Notes: generated by a model not told the origin, from the letters alone. Counted from the stretch's first letter, positions 29,599 through 43,308 are shown. The stretch: DNA of 64,000 nucleotides from Octopus vulgaris (GCA_951406725.2 OX597840.1:18972001-19036000), one strand, 5' to 3'. Program-made: numbers and translations.

Positions 29599-30233
29599 AT
29601 ATAAGTCCGTATAGTCAGGTCAAAACAGGAGTCGGCTTAGGCGAGTTAACATGGTCCTACGACTTTGAAGAGTCCTGCGGGTCCTCTTAGGCCCAGCCGA
29701 CTAAACGCATCGGTACACGTCTACTCCATATATGTATGTCTACACACACACACACACCGACAAACACATCCGTTCATACGTAACGTGTAACCCATATATA
29801 TATGTATACATATGTATGTGTGTGTGTGGCGGGGTATATGTCTTTGTGTGTGGGTGTATTTGTCACACACCATCGCATGACATTGCATAACTTGGTTGTT
29901 CGGCAAAATGAATTGATAGAATAAGTATTAGGTTTTATGAAAGAAAATATGAATAAAAGTCTTCAACACGGTGCTCCAGCATGGTCGCAGTGAAATGACT
30001 GAAACAAATAAAACATAAAACACACACACACACACACACATTTAGCGCTAATTGCTCGAGTAATTTAATAAATAATTACACCGACATTTCACAGTTCGTC
30101 GTGCCATGGCTGGGTGTTGACTTAACAACCCTGTATTATATTACTTTGTTTTATTTAGAGTATATTTTAAAACCTGGCTGTTGTTTCTAGCACAGGTGGG
30201 GTGATCGAAGATGTCAGAAGCTCCCTCCATTTA

Positions 30234-30271
<38 letters not shown>

Positions 30272-30426
30272 GTATGTATATATATGTATATATGTATGTA
30301 CACACACTCACACACACACACATATACATATATACATACAAATATATATACATGTATATATATATGTATCTGTATGTATGTATATATGTATTTATGTATA
30401 CATATATGTATATGTATCTGTATATA

Positions 30427-30461
<35 letters not shown>

Positions 30462-30566
30462 GCGTATATGTATATATATACATAAGTATATATATATATA
30501 TGCGTATATGTATATATATACATAAGTATATATATATATATGCGTATATGTATATATATACATAAG

Positions 30567-30597
<31 letters not shown>

Positions 30598-30604
30598 GTA
30601 TATG

Positions 30605-30698
<94 letters not shown>

Positions 30699-31034
30699 AG
30701 CCACGCATCACATATTCACTCTGAAAAGGATCCATGATGTATTCATACATGACCATACACCGACATACACGCACACATATACACACACACACACACACTT
30801 CGCACTCTCTTTCTCTCTGCCTCTCTCTGTGCTTTTCTCTCTCTCTCTCTCTCTCAATCGTGTCCGCTCCTTCAAACATACACAGAAATACGTAAACACA
30901 TGCATAAGCGTACGTAAACACACACACATACCCGCACATACCACCCGGCACACATACAGGCACACATTCTTTAACTCTTTCTCACACAGACTCAATCGAA
31001 AACACTCGCACACACCACGCACGCGCATGCACTA

Positions 31035-31115
<81 letters not shown>

Positions 31116-31669
31116 AACACACACACACGCACACACTCACACGCACACATATACACACGCTATCTGTTTCTTCAACCACGCAAACACCTGCAAATATCAA
31201 ACATACATACACACGCATACACACATACAGACACATACACACACACACACTATCTTTCTCTCTCAACACACACAAATACACACGCGCGCGCACACACACA
31301 AACACACACACACACAAACTATCTCTCCCTCACACGTATAGAAACTCTGATACACACACGCACCCAAATATGCACGAGTAATATCTGTTTCTCTCTTTCT
31401 CTCTCTCTCACACACACATACACACACACATCCTCACTCATACACACACACACACACACACACTTTACCTCTCGCTTCCCAAAATACACACACGCAGATG
31501 CACACGTATTCACATAGACACACAAATGCACAAATACACCACAGGCACCCTCCCATACACGCACACACACAAACATGCGCTGAAACATTGATTCGGCGAA
31601 CCTGCTGGAGTGTTTCGACCTACTAGAAATAGCAGCCAGATCTTCTGCATTAACACAATGACGATAACA

Positions 31670-32056
31670 TACCGTCTTTTGGTTCTAGGTTCAAATTCCG
31701 CCGAGGTCAACTTTGTCTTTCATCCTTTCGGGAGGGTGGATAAAAATAAGTACCAGTTGAGTACTGGGGTCGATGTAATCGACTTACCCGCTTCCCCTGA
31801 AATTGCTGGCCTTGTGACAAAAATCTGAAACCAATATTTTTGTTAAGGCAGTGAGCTGACAGAATCGTTAGCTCGCCGGACAAAATGCTTAGCGACATTT
31901 CGTCTGTCCTGACGTTCTGAGTTCAAATTCCGCCCATGTCGACTTTCATCCTTTTGGGGTCAATAGAATAGGTACCAGCTGAATACTAGAATCGGAGTAA
32001 TCGAGTAGCCAGCTCCCTTTCCCAAAATTCCAGGCCTTGCGTCTATAGTAAAAAGA

Positions 32057-32106
<50 letters not shown>

Positions 32107-32210
32107 AAGGCGGCGAGTTGGCGGAGTTGTTAACACGTCGGAACAAATGCTTAGTAGCATTTTGTCCGTCTTTACGTTCTGATTCCGCCAAGTTGACTTG
32201 GCCTTATATC
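31670..32210 (+). mobile_element. SINE family B copies (the last is interrupted by a solo LTR)
   Basis: Family B motifs; the SINE resumes at 32635 with CTTCGAGGTCGATA. Confidence 0.75.
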
Positions 32211-32634
32211 TGTAACAGGATGATGTTCAGGAACACTGGAGGGGGTGTCCGATCTGATCCTGTCACATACAATTTAAGTAGAGTAAACAGAGACAAAGTC
32301 AGGCGGTCTACGATCACAGTAAGTGGTGGTTTATTCTGCGGTTACAGGTAAGAACTAGTGCACGTGTATCTCTGGTGGGAAGCCGGCTGCCGAATCCGCA
32401 GGACTGGTTGCGGTGCTTTCTTGTTGCGAGTCAAGACGATTCGTCGGTTCGCTCCCGCTTCGTTGGGGTGAGGTTCTCTGAGTGAAAGTCAAGCCACGTC
32501 CGACCGCTAGCGCTGCTTATGCTAGAAAGGGCGATTTAGCGGTCAGCCTTTTAGGTTTCAGTTCCTGCACATGTGCACGAGGGAAATCCAATTCTGCGCA
32601 TGTGCACTGAAACTTACACAGTAGCGTCACTACA
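32211..32634 (-). mobile_element. Solo LTR (Gypsy-like)
   Basis: TGTA...TACA termini, 4-bp TSD TATC (32207-32210 and 32635-32638), AATAAA on the minus strand. Confidence 0.8.
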
Positions 32635-33499
32635 TATCCTTCGAGGTCGATATAACACAGTACCCTGGGGTCGATAAGTCGAAAGTATTATTAAAAGCGG
32701 CGAGCTGGCAGAATCGTGAGAGTATCGGAATAAACGAGTTATGTGATATTTTTCCAGGCTCTTTTCTGTTTTGGGTTCAAATCCCACCGGGGCCAACTTT
32801 ACCTTTTACCATGCCCTGTAATCAAGCAGTTTCGGGTTCAGTCTCAGTGCATAGCACCTTGGACAAGTGTCTTCTACTATAGCCCCGGAGCGATCAATGC
32901 CTTACGAGTGAAATTGGTAAATGGAAACTGTGCGGAAGGCCGTCGTATGTGGGTGTGTGTCTTTGTGTCTTTGTTTGTCCTCCACCATCGCTTGACAACC
33001 GGTGTTGGCTTGTTTACGTCCCCGCAACGCAGCAATTCGACAAAAAGAGGCCGGTAGAAAAAGTATTAGACTTAACAAAAAATAAGTACTGGGGTCAATT
33101 CATTTGTCTGAAAATTCTTGAAGGTGATGCTCCAGCGTGGCCGTAGTCTGATTACTGAAATATGTAAAATATAAAAGATACACACACACACACACACACG
33201 CACACACACACATCCGTGTATAGAAACTGGATAATGTAACACTAAATATATTATGTCTGAAAATAAAATATATGCATATATGCAAACGGGGATGGTCATG
33301 AGTGGAGCGTCATGAATAATGTCAAGTGTATTGTGGTCGACCAACAGCTGCTTCAGTTAAAAAGTGATAGCAATTAGGAAGTTTCTATTGGGTTGTCTCG
33401 GCATTGATGGAAACGAGGAAGTTGAATAATTAACGGGATAATGGGTGTTATGTATTTGACTATTTGGGTTTGTGCGTTAAGAAGTGACCTAGGGCTAAA

Positions 33500-34930
33500 C
33501 AAGAACAGCAACATCACACCTGCAATATCACTCTGATCTCTTTCAAAGTAGGATCCCATGACTTCAATGCACTTGTTGTAGACCTCCAGCCACTTCGTGA
33601 AGGCTGCATAGACGTCCGCCAAATCGAAGGTGTCCTGGACTCTTATCACAGCCTCCTTCATCTTCTGAAGGGCTTGAAAATCACTGCCCCCGAGGTTCTC
33701 CTTCAGCTTGAGGAACATCCAAAAGGCACAGGGAACATGGGCTGGATTGTAGGAAGGGTGAGGAACAGTTTTGATACGCTTCTCTGTCAAGTAGTTGGTT
33801 ACCAGGATGGAATTGCGAACTGGTGCATTGTCTTGGTGCAGGTGCCAACGCCCTGAGTGCGAGAGCTCTGGCCTTTTGCGATGAAGTCTTTTCCTGAACT
33901 CTCTCAAAACCTTCACGAAGTGCCCTTTGATGACGGTCTCTCTCCAGAACGAACTCAGTGGATGTGGATGATGCCCTTGCGGTGGGAAAAGTGGAAATCA
34001 TGCACTTTCTGGTGGACTTACTTTGCTTGGCCTTCTTGAGTCTGTAGGGAGCCAGCATGCTTCTATTGGGTACTCTGTCTCTTCGTCTCTGGATCATAAC
34101 AGTAGATCCAGCTTTTCTAACAGATCACCAGAGGCTCATGTAATCTTGGATTGGGGGTAATGAGCTTCACCATGTTTCTGCCGTCACCAACGCATCGTTA
34201 CTGAGCACCCAGGGAACAAACTTTGCACACATTTTACGCAGATTTTAAGCCTGTCGTATATATATATATATACGTGTGTGTTTGTGTGTCTGTGTTTGTC
34301 CCCCTAGCATTGCTTGACAACCGATGCTGGTGTGTTTATGTTCCCGTTACTTAGCACTTCGGCAAAAGAGACCGATAGAATAAGTACTAGGATTACAAAA
34401 AAGAATAAGTCCTGGGGTCGAGTTGCTCGATTAAAGGCGGTGCTCCAGCATGGCCGCAGTCAAATGACTGAAACAAGTAAAAGAGTATGTCCAGATCTTT
34501 CTGAATTATTGTGTCCTGTCGCCTCAACAACTCCAGACTCTATCATTATTGTCTTCATGGAAACACGACGGTCTTCCCTCAGAGAATTAGGAATTTCCTC
34601 AACCAGTTCTGATGTTCTGACGCCCCTCTCACCGCCACACCTCTCAACCTCTATCAACTCCTTCCTCTTGCACTTGAACCTCTTGTGCCAGAGTTCAACA
34701 GATGTTCGGCTCGTGTAAGTTAGACCAGAAGCATAGCGTAAGTTTCAGTTACGTTTTGGCTCAGTTTTACACAGTGAAATTGCGTAGCGAGCTTCCGAAT
34801 TGACTTCCTGTCTCTCGACTGCATTCTGCAAATTACAAAGCTTTGACAAGCCGCGTATATCAGGGTGTGTTCAACGCGCTGCTACAGCTGCCTTCTATCT
34901 GCAGTAACAAAACTCAACGGGTCAGCTTAT
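33500..34930 (-). pseudogene. Decayed mariner transposon interrupted by a SINE A half (about 34255-34486)
   Basis: WHKRFK...REDRRVS (HTH), YCYDPE, WHLHQDNAPV, HPSYNP..PCAFWMF.KLKE and YFE motifs. Confidence 0.85.
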
Positions 34931-35073
34931 TAGATGCATAATATTGATATACTAAAATTAAAAGAATCTAGGACAGTTATAACTGGCGCTTCGGAATGCA
35001 TCTCGGAAATATATAACTACATACACACATACGTACACACACACACACACACATACGTATATATATGCATATA

Positions 35074-35146
<73 letters not shown>

Positions 35147-35149
35147 GCA

Positions 35150-35246
<97 letters not shown>

Positions 35247-35314
35247 GAAAAATACAAACTGGGACAAGAACGTAAAACATTTAGAAGACGATACAAAAAA
35301 CACGGATGGGACAT

Positions 35315-35438
35315 TCGAAGCCTTCAATCTTCAGTCAAGAACCGGATCATCCTAGCAATTTCGGCTGATTAATCTTGAGATCGCTCCGATCCGGCCAGCC
35401 CCAAGGAAAATCTAAGCTACGAGCATTAGATTTCTTGG
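35315..35438 (-). ncRNA. Candidate non-circularly permuted (pseudoknotted) hammerhead ribozyme, copy 1
   Basis: Minus strand: hairpin, GGCTGG CCGGATC gg AGCGAT C TCAAGA ttaa TCAGCC GAA ATTGCT aggat GATCCGG t TCTTGA CTGAAGA; all four helices pair. Confidence 0.7.
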
Positions 35439-35570
35439 AAAAAGGATCGAATGTATACGAAACAGGGGCAGAAAAACACGATGTCACACGAATATAAAAT
35501 ACAAAAAACAATAATGTACATATATATCATATGTATATATATATACACGCATATATGTATATACCTATAT

Positions 35571-35633
<63 letters not shown>

Positions 35634-35951
35634 TATCAATAACAATAAAAGGGTAAAATTAACTAATTAATTAATTAGTAATTAATAATTCCACCAAGTA
35701 GTATTCGGCATGTTAAAAGGACCATTTTCGGTAAACTTAAACATTATCTTTTATAATTATGAATATAATTATAATTAGGGTTCAGCTAAAAATTTTCTTC
35801 GGTATGTGGCGAAGCAGATTTTTTGCTGAACCCTAATTATAATTATATTCATAATTATAAAAAATAATATATATATGATTGAAAGACAAAAATAGGTGAG
35901 GTAACAGTGAACAAGGTGTACTAGTTTGATACTCTGAAAAAAATGGAAAAG

Positions 35952-35989
35952 TCTTTGACGTTTCGAGTCTCTGCTCTTTGTCAGAAAGG
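35952..35989 (-). ncRNA. Minimal hammerhead-like motif (G8A variant) in a pLTR fragment
   Basis: Minus strand CTTT CTGACAA AGAGCAGAGACTC GAAA CGTC AAAG; stem I CTTT/AAAG. Confidence 0.5.
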
Positions 35990-36094
35990 AATGAGGAACG
36001 AAACCGGAGAGAAAAAAAGAAACAGAAAGAGGTGGAAAAACGTGTCTAGATTAACGGTTCCAAATGCTAATCTTTTACAAATACATACATACAT

Positions 36095-36500
36095 CTCTTT
36101 TACTTGTTTCAGTCATTTGACTGCGGCCATGCTGGAGCACCGCCTTTAGTCGAGCAAATCGACCCCAGGACTTATTCTTTGTAAGCCTAATACTTATTCT
36201 ATTGGTTTCTTTTGCCAAACCGCTAAGTTACGGGGACGCAAACACACCAGCATCGGTTGTCAAGCAATGTTGAGGGACAAACACAGACACACAAACACAC
36301 ACACACACACAAATATATATATATATACATATATACGACGGGCTTCTTTCAGTTTCCGTCTACCAAATCCACTCACAAGGCTTTGGTCGACCCGAGGCTA
36401 TAGTAGAATACACATGTCCAAGGTGCCACGCAGTGGGACTGAACCCGGAACCATGTGGCTGGTAAGCAAACTACTTACCACACAGCCACTCCTGTGCCTA
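36095..36500 (-). mobile_element. SINE family A, full length
   Basis: Reverse complement of the 3570 family. Confidence 0.85.
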
Positions 36501-36984
36501 TATATATAAAGAGAGAGAGAGAGAGAGAGTAGGAGAGAGCCTGACGGACTGATAGATATATAGATAGATATCAACTTAGATAACTGAGATATGTTTCAGC
36601 CTAAGAGCGGCCCAGGCCCTGTTCCTTTCAATTAGAGAGGTTTTGTTGACTGAGATGTATCTTGGTATAGGGGACTAATCTGGTGTCCTTTGAAGAAGAA
36701 AAAAACCACCTTTTTCTCTTCGATTTATTTAAATAGGGCAGAAAAAGAAATTGGGTTGCAGCAAATTTGTGTTGTGATCGTGAACTATGTAGGGGTGCAT
36801 GGAGGGATTCTGAATCTGACCTTAAGGTCGTTTGGCCAATGCTGGTGGGATATTCAACACACTGTGAAAATGTTGTAGCGTTGGAAAGATTAAAGATTCA
36901 AGGTTTTCAGGCGGTCCCAATAATCACGATCAGTCTTATATCTTTTATCTCTGGGGTGACTCAACTCTCATAATAGTCAAACGA

Positions 36985-37395
36985 AAAATCGACTCCAATA
37001 CTTCTTTTTTTAAGCCTGGTACTTATTCTATCGGTCTCTTTTACCGAACGGCCAAGTCACGGGGACGCAAACACACCAACACTGGTTGTCAAGCAGTTGT
37101 GGGGGATAAACAGACACAAAGACACATACACACACACACACATTATGTATGTATGTATGTATGTATGTATGTATGTATGTATGTATGTATGTATGTATGT
37201 ATGTATGTATGTATGTATGTATGTATGTATGTATGTATGTATGTATGTATGTATGTATGTATGTATGTATGTATGTATGTATGTATGTATGTATGTATGT
37301 ATGTATGTATGTATGTATGTATGTATGTATGTATGTATGTATGTATGTATGTATGTATGTATGTATGTATGCATGTATGCATGTATGCATGTATG

Positions 37396-37429
<34 letters not shown>

Positions 37430-38092
37430 TGTATGTATGTATGTATGTATGTATGTATGTATGTATGTATGTATGTATGTATGTATGTATGTATGTATGT
37501 ATGTATGTATGTATGTATGCATGTATGTATGTATGTATGTATGTATGTATGTATGTATGTATGTATGTATGCATGTATGCATGTATGCATGTATGTATGC
37601 ATGTATGTATGTATGCATGTATGTATGCATTTATGTATGTATGTATGTATGTATGTATATATGTTTGTATGTATGTATGTATGTATGTATGTATGCATGT
37701 ATGCATGTATGTATGTATGTATGTATTTATGTATGTATGTATGTATGTATGTATGTATGTATGTATGTATGTATGTATGTATGTATGTATGTATGTATGT
37801 ATGCATGTATGTATGTATGCATTATGTATGTATGTATATATGTTTGTATGTATGTATGTATGTATGTATGTATGTATGTATGTATGCATGTATGTATGTA
37901 TGTATGTATGTATGTATGTATGTATGTATGTATGTATGTATGTATGTATGTATGTATACGACGGGTTTCTTTCAGTTTCCGTCTCCCAAATTCGCTGACA
38001 AGGCTTTGGTAGGCCCGAGGCTGTAGTAGAAGACACTTGTCCAAGGAGCCACGCAGTGGGACTGAACCCGGAACCATGTGGTTGGGAAGCAA
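36985..38092 (-). mobile_element. SINE family A with an internal (ATGT)n tract of about 810 bp
   Basis: The SINE halves at about 36985-37130 and 37957-38092 flank the tract. Confidence 0.75.
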
Positions 38093-38833
38093 ATACATAT
38101 ATGCATGTGCATATGTCTATGTGTGTATATACGTGCCTATATTTATGTGTGCGTGTGTGTAAGGACGAGAGAAGCATCTCGTAAACAGTTTCCTTAAGAC
38201 AGTAAATCTCTCGTATCACTGACCGTCACATCCAGGATTCTTCTTGTATTACCGCAACCTCTCTCACCCCTGTTTCTCTCCCCCTCTTCTTTCTCTCCTC
38301 CCCTTCTCTCTCTCTCTCACACACACACACACAAACATACGAAGAAGCAGTGAAGATATGCTTGTAGTAAAAAATAGCCGTACACACACACACACGTACG
38401 CACACAACGACATCGGCAGATGATTCTGTCGATCTTCCCTTATATGGTGTTTCTCGTCTATCTGTCTCTGTTTATCTACCTACCTACCTACCTACCTACC
38501 TACCTACCCTCCCTCCCTCCCTCTCTGTCTGTCTGTCTGTCTGTCTATCGTTCCATGGCGTGGTTTTGAAACACTAGTACTAAATTGCTATGCACATATA
38601 TGTATGTATGTATGTATGTATGTATTGTATTGTATGTATGTATGTATGTATGTATGTATGTATGTATGCATGCATGCATGTATGTATGTATGTATGTATG
38701 TATGTATTGTATTGTATGTATGTATGTATGCATGTATGTATGTATGTATGTATGTATGTATGTATGTATGTATGTATGTATATATGTATGCATTATGTAT
38801 GTATGTATGTATGTATGTATGTATGTATGATGA

Positions 38834-38866
<33 letters not shown>

Positions 38867-39128
38867 TGTATGCATGCATGTATGTACATGGTGAGTGTGT
38901 GTGTGTGTACTCGTGTGTGTTTGTATCAGAAGTAGTCGCGCAGCTTCATTATGAAATTGCGAATGAATTTGAATTGCAGAAATCACGCGCGATATGTTTT
39001 AGTAAACATATATATATATACACGTGACTTGTCACCGGGATCACGTTTTAGCCGCACTCTGGTCTCGTTTTCATCTCGCTGTTGTAATCTAATGTAATCT
39101 CTCTCTCTCTGTTGCACCTTTAGCAGCA

Positions 39129-39168
<40 letters not shown>

Positions 39169-39954
39169 AGAGAGGGAGAGAGAGAGAAGTGAAAGAGAAA
39201 AAGAGAGACAGAATATTGATCGACTGGTTTCGCTTCCCTTAAAACTCGTCAGAGCCCCTCAAATGTCAAAGTCCTGAACGGTCACGTAAAACTCAGGGTA
39301 ACAGCTAGTGAAGTTTTTTACGGCTTTAATAACAGCTAGTGAAGTTTTTTACGGCTTTAATAAAATAGTGTGTGGTAAGAAGCTTACTTTCGAACCATAC
39401 GGTTCTGAGTTCAGTTCCACGGCGTGGCACTTTATGCAAGTGTCTTCTATAGCCTCGGGCCGACCAGAACCTCGTGTGTTAATTTGACAAACAGAAACTG
39501 AAAGATGTCTGTCGTATACATACATACATACATACATACATACATACATACATACATACATACATACATACATACATACATACACACACACATATATACA
39601 TACATATATATATATATATATAAAACGAATGGTTTACATCTGGTAACTTGCTGGTAAAGCACGGTCACTTTCAGAGTGATCGTTAGGTAAATAACAAATG
39701 AAAGACAGAAGACGCAAACCGGTTCAAAATGGCGGGGAGAGACTGGTGGTGGTGCTCCAGCATGGCCACAGTCACATGACTGAAACAAGCAAAAGAGTAA
39801 AGAGTATATATACATATATACATATATGTATGTATATATCTGTATATATGTCTCTTTGTGTCTCTGTCCCACACTACCACTTGACATCCGGTGTTGGTGT
39901 GCTTACGTCTCCATAACATACAAAAAAAAGACCAATAGAATAAGTAGCAGCTTC

Positions 39955-40263
39955 AAAGCCACATGTTGTTCGTCCAACAACGACATGTAATATTCTGCGT
40001 TGACTGTGCGACCCTTTGGTTGCTCTTTTGTGAGGTGTACTTCGTCCTTGTCCTAGAATATTCAAGCCAGTATCTCTCCAGCTGACTTCTGGGTCCGAAA
40101 CATCTTGAGACACGGTGAACCTCTGTAGCGCCACTCCGTTGACTGCTGCTTGGTTCGGGGATCATAACAGTGGATCCAAGTTTCATCCATGGTGACTAAA
40201 CAAGTCATAAATCAGCTTCTCTCGCTGCAAAAACCGGTTCAAAATGGCGGCGGGAGACTGGTA
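39955..40263 (-). pseudogene. Mariner transposase fragment
   Basis: Minus-strand LVTMDETWIHCYDPE, the first catalytic Asp motif; surrounded by SINE A pieces. Confidence 0.7.
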
Positions 40264-41375
40264 GCATGACTACGGCTATGTTGGGACACCGCCCTCAAGG
40301 GTTTTAGTCCAGCAAATTGACCATAGGACTTATCCCTTTAAAGTCTGGTATTATTCTATCGGTCTCTTTTTGCCGAACCGCTAGTTTACGGGGAGGTAAA
40401 CACTCCAACACACACCACACACACATATATATAAATATATATACGACGGGCTTCTTTGAGTTTCTGTCTACCAAATCCACTCACAAGGCTTTGGTTGGCT
40501 TAAGGCTATAGTAGAAGACACTTGCCCAAGGTGTCACGCAGTGGGACTGAACCTTAAACCATGTGGTTGGGAAGCAAGCTTCTTACCACACAATCATGCC
40601 TGTCCTTATGTGTGTATATAAAACGCGCGTGTGTCAGTGAGCCATTTGTTAAGTAAACAGGATGCTATATCATGTATCCGGTATGAAGTGTTTACTGCGA
40701 ACAACAGGACTTTATCGACCACGTTTTTATGTACATGCATTAGCCAGAGTGAAAGTATTTTCTGTTTTTCTTTTCGCGTATTTTTCTATCTATGGCTGAT
40801 TCTCAACTCGATGCGATATGACAAGATTTAAGACAGATCTAAAAGAAAAAAAAAACAAAACAAAATAAAATAGAATAAAATGAAATGAAATAATAAAAAC
40901 TAGGGTAGACGGAAACTGGATGGATGTCCGCCGTCCCGGTTCGCTGTTGACCGTAATTCGAAAAGGTCAGCCATATCTCACAAGCATACGATCGCTCAAA
41001 ACGAAACGCAGCCACACTCTGGAACAGAATATATGCGCGCGCAACGGCCGTTTGAAAATGAAGTTAAGAGTACAGGTGTCAGAGGAATATTTCACTCATA
41101 CATTTATGTTTATGACACGATGAATATAGATGTGAGAGTTCCTCATCAGTGAACAACTGGGACACTCGAAATAAACAAGAGACACACATTTATGCAGTCA
41201 CTCACAATCGCCCTCATTTTCTCTCTTTTTCGCTCTTACTCTCTCTCCCTTAAACTTTTTCTCTTTCCTTCTCATTTTCTATTTACTCCCTCTCTTTCAC
41301 ACACACGCTGTTTCACTCCTTGTCTGTTTACCTATCTATCGATCTATCTATCTATCTATCTACATACCTACCTAC

Positions 41376-41464
<89 letters not shown>

Positions 41465-41579
41465 GTGTGTGGTGTCTGCCCGCGCGAATGTATAACACCA
41501 CCGTTTGTCAAGTGGTGGCGTCAACATACATAGTTACTCGCACACACACATATATATTATATATACATAATATATCATC

Positions 41580-42548
41580 AAATGCAAGAAGCCTGTCATC
41601 GAGTGACTACGCTAGCCAGATTGATTTCATTCTCACCAGACAACGAGATACATGGTCGCTCGTAAATGCATAGACCTTCCCTGGTGAAGAAGGTACCCCC
41701 TCCCCCATCACAGACTAGTCATCAGTAACTTTAGACTTCAGGCCAAAAGGCTACCTAGAAGCAGACCCATCTGAAAAAGAAGGATCTAGAAGCTTAAGGA
41801 TCCTTCATATATATGGTCAGAGATTTAGGGACATCCTAATTGACAAATTTGATGAGAAGGAGGAACTACAGACTTGTAACGTAGAGAGCAACTGGGAATT
41901 CCTGCGGGAGAGTTTGCTGAGTGCTACAGACCAAATCTGTGGTTGGTGCGAAGTCCCAACCAGACCTAGGTTGACGTGGTTGTGGAGCGATGCAGTAGAC
42001 AAGACCGTTCGAGCAAAGAAGCAGGCCTGGAAAAGTGGTGGTAGCAGGGAACTATATCGGGTAGCTAGGAGGGAGGCTAGAGGACAGGTGTAGTAAGCCA
42101 TTAAGGTGGCGAGAAGGCAGAAACGTTAGCACGCCGGGCGAAATTCATAGCCGTATTTCGTCTGCCGTACGTTCTGAGTTCAAATTCCGCCGAGGTCGAT
42201 TTTGCTTTTCATCCTTTCGGGGTCGATAAACTAAGTACCAGTTCACTGGGGTCGATGTAATCGACTTAATCCCTTTGTCTGTCCTTGTTCGTCCCCTCTG
42301 TGTTTAGCCCCTTGTGGGTAGTAAAGAAATGGGTGTAGTAAGCCAGGGGAGAAGCGAAGAGGAAGAAGTTTGCCAACGTTCTGCGTCGTGAGGACCAGAG
42401 GCTTGAAGTGTTTCGGGTTGCAGAGAAAATCGTGATGTGGTTGGAGAGAAATGTGTTTGCATGGATGATGGGTCACTGGCAGTTAGCAACCCAACAAAGA
42501 AGCAGGCTTGGAAGTGCCACTATGAAAGGCTACTAAATATAGAGAACT
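41580..42548 (+). pseudogene. RTE-type LINE fragment (end of the APE domain and linker), interrupted by SINE B
   Basis: SQIDFIL, HHRLV, KLKDP, ICGW...TWLW...AKKQAWK, and AWKCHYERLLN motifs. Confidence 0.75.
42101..42331 (+). mobile_element. SINE family B with a 14-bp TSD
   Basis: TSD GGTGTAGTAAGCCA at 42087-42100 and 42332-42345. Confidence 0.9.
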
Positions 42549-42567
42549 CATATATATTTGTATGTAC

Positions 42568-42598
<31 letters not shown>

Positions 42599-42659
42599 TG
42601 TATGTATGCATGCATGCATGTATGTGTGTATATAGGTATGTATATATGTATGTATATTT

Positions 42660-42888
42660 GCAGACTTGTATGTTTTGTTTTATGTCCTCACAAGCATATT
42701 GTAGCATATCTAGACATCTTCTTATATTCTTGAATGATAAACTTCTGGAAAGTTTTACAGATTTTGACAGTTCCAGTGATGGATTGGATCTGTAGGCTTC
42801 GAAACATCTTTCTCTTTTCTGGTTTTGAGAGGCCTAATTTCTCAAGATTGGTAGTAAGACAGTGTGTTGCATATCCTAGTGCAACCTG
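42660..42888 (-). mobile_element. 3' end of an R4/Dong-like (restriction-like endonuclease) non-LTR element within (TACA)n
   Basis: Minus frame VALGYATHCLTTNLEKLGLSKPEKRKMFRSLQIQSITGTVKICKTF resembles the RLE C-terminus (GALG...LQ..S..GT.KI). Confidence 0.55.
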
Positions 42889-43118
42889 TATGTATGTATG
42901 TATGTATGTATGTATGTATGTATGTATGTATGTATGTATGTATGTATGTATGTATGTATGTATGTATGTATGTATGTATGTATGTATTTATATAATTACC
43001 ACTTCAATTCAGTTTCTTAAACATGTAATTCACGTGAAATGAGTCCTTCTGGTGGCATATGTACAGGTGTGTCTGTATGCATGGTGAGTGCGTGAGTGTA
43101 TGTGTGTATATGTTGGGT

Positions 43119-43204
<86 letters not shown>

Positions 43205-43270
43205 ATCGCATGTGTACCGTTGGCGATTTTTTCCCTCTGTCTTCTCTTCTCTGGATCTTTCCTTCTCCTA

Positions 43271-43308
43271 TGTTTCCGACGAAGAGCTCCGCTCGAAACG
43301 TTAAACCC
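43271..43308 (+). ncRNA. Minimal hammerhead-like motif (U4C variant) in a pLTR fragment (about 43205-43400)
   Basis: GTTT CCGACGA A GAGC TCC GCTC GAAA CGTT AAAC; homologous to 63216-63250. Confidence 0.55.

Noticed and set aside
35315-35438. HDV-like ribozyme reading of the pseudoknotted motif
   Set aside because: The helix order (a b d e a' d' b' e') does not match the HDV nested double pseudoknot, and the conserved single-stranded residues are the hammerhead CUGANGA, GAAA and UH.
35640-35870. Hammerhead in the TA-embedded family shared with 2210-2465 (minus CCGAAGA...GAAAATGGTC)
   Set aside because: No stem I pairing and the motif is not retained in the 2.3-kb copy. It is kept only as a probable pLTR-type fragment with an inverted repeat at about 35749-35862.
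38900-39360. Possible host regulatory element (CpG-containing unique sequence, 31-bp tandem duplication at about 39299-39362)
   Set aside because: Nothing in the sequence alone supports function; conservation or chromatin data would be needed.
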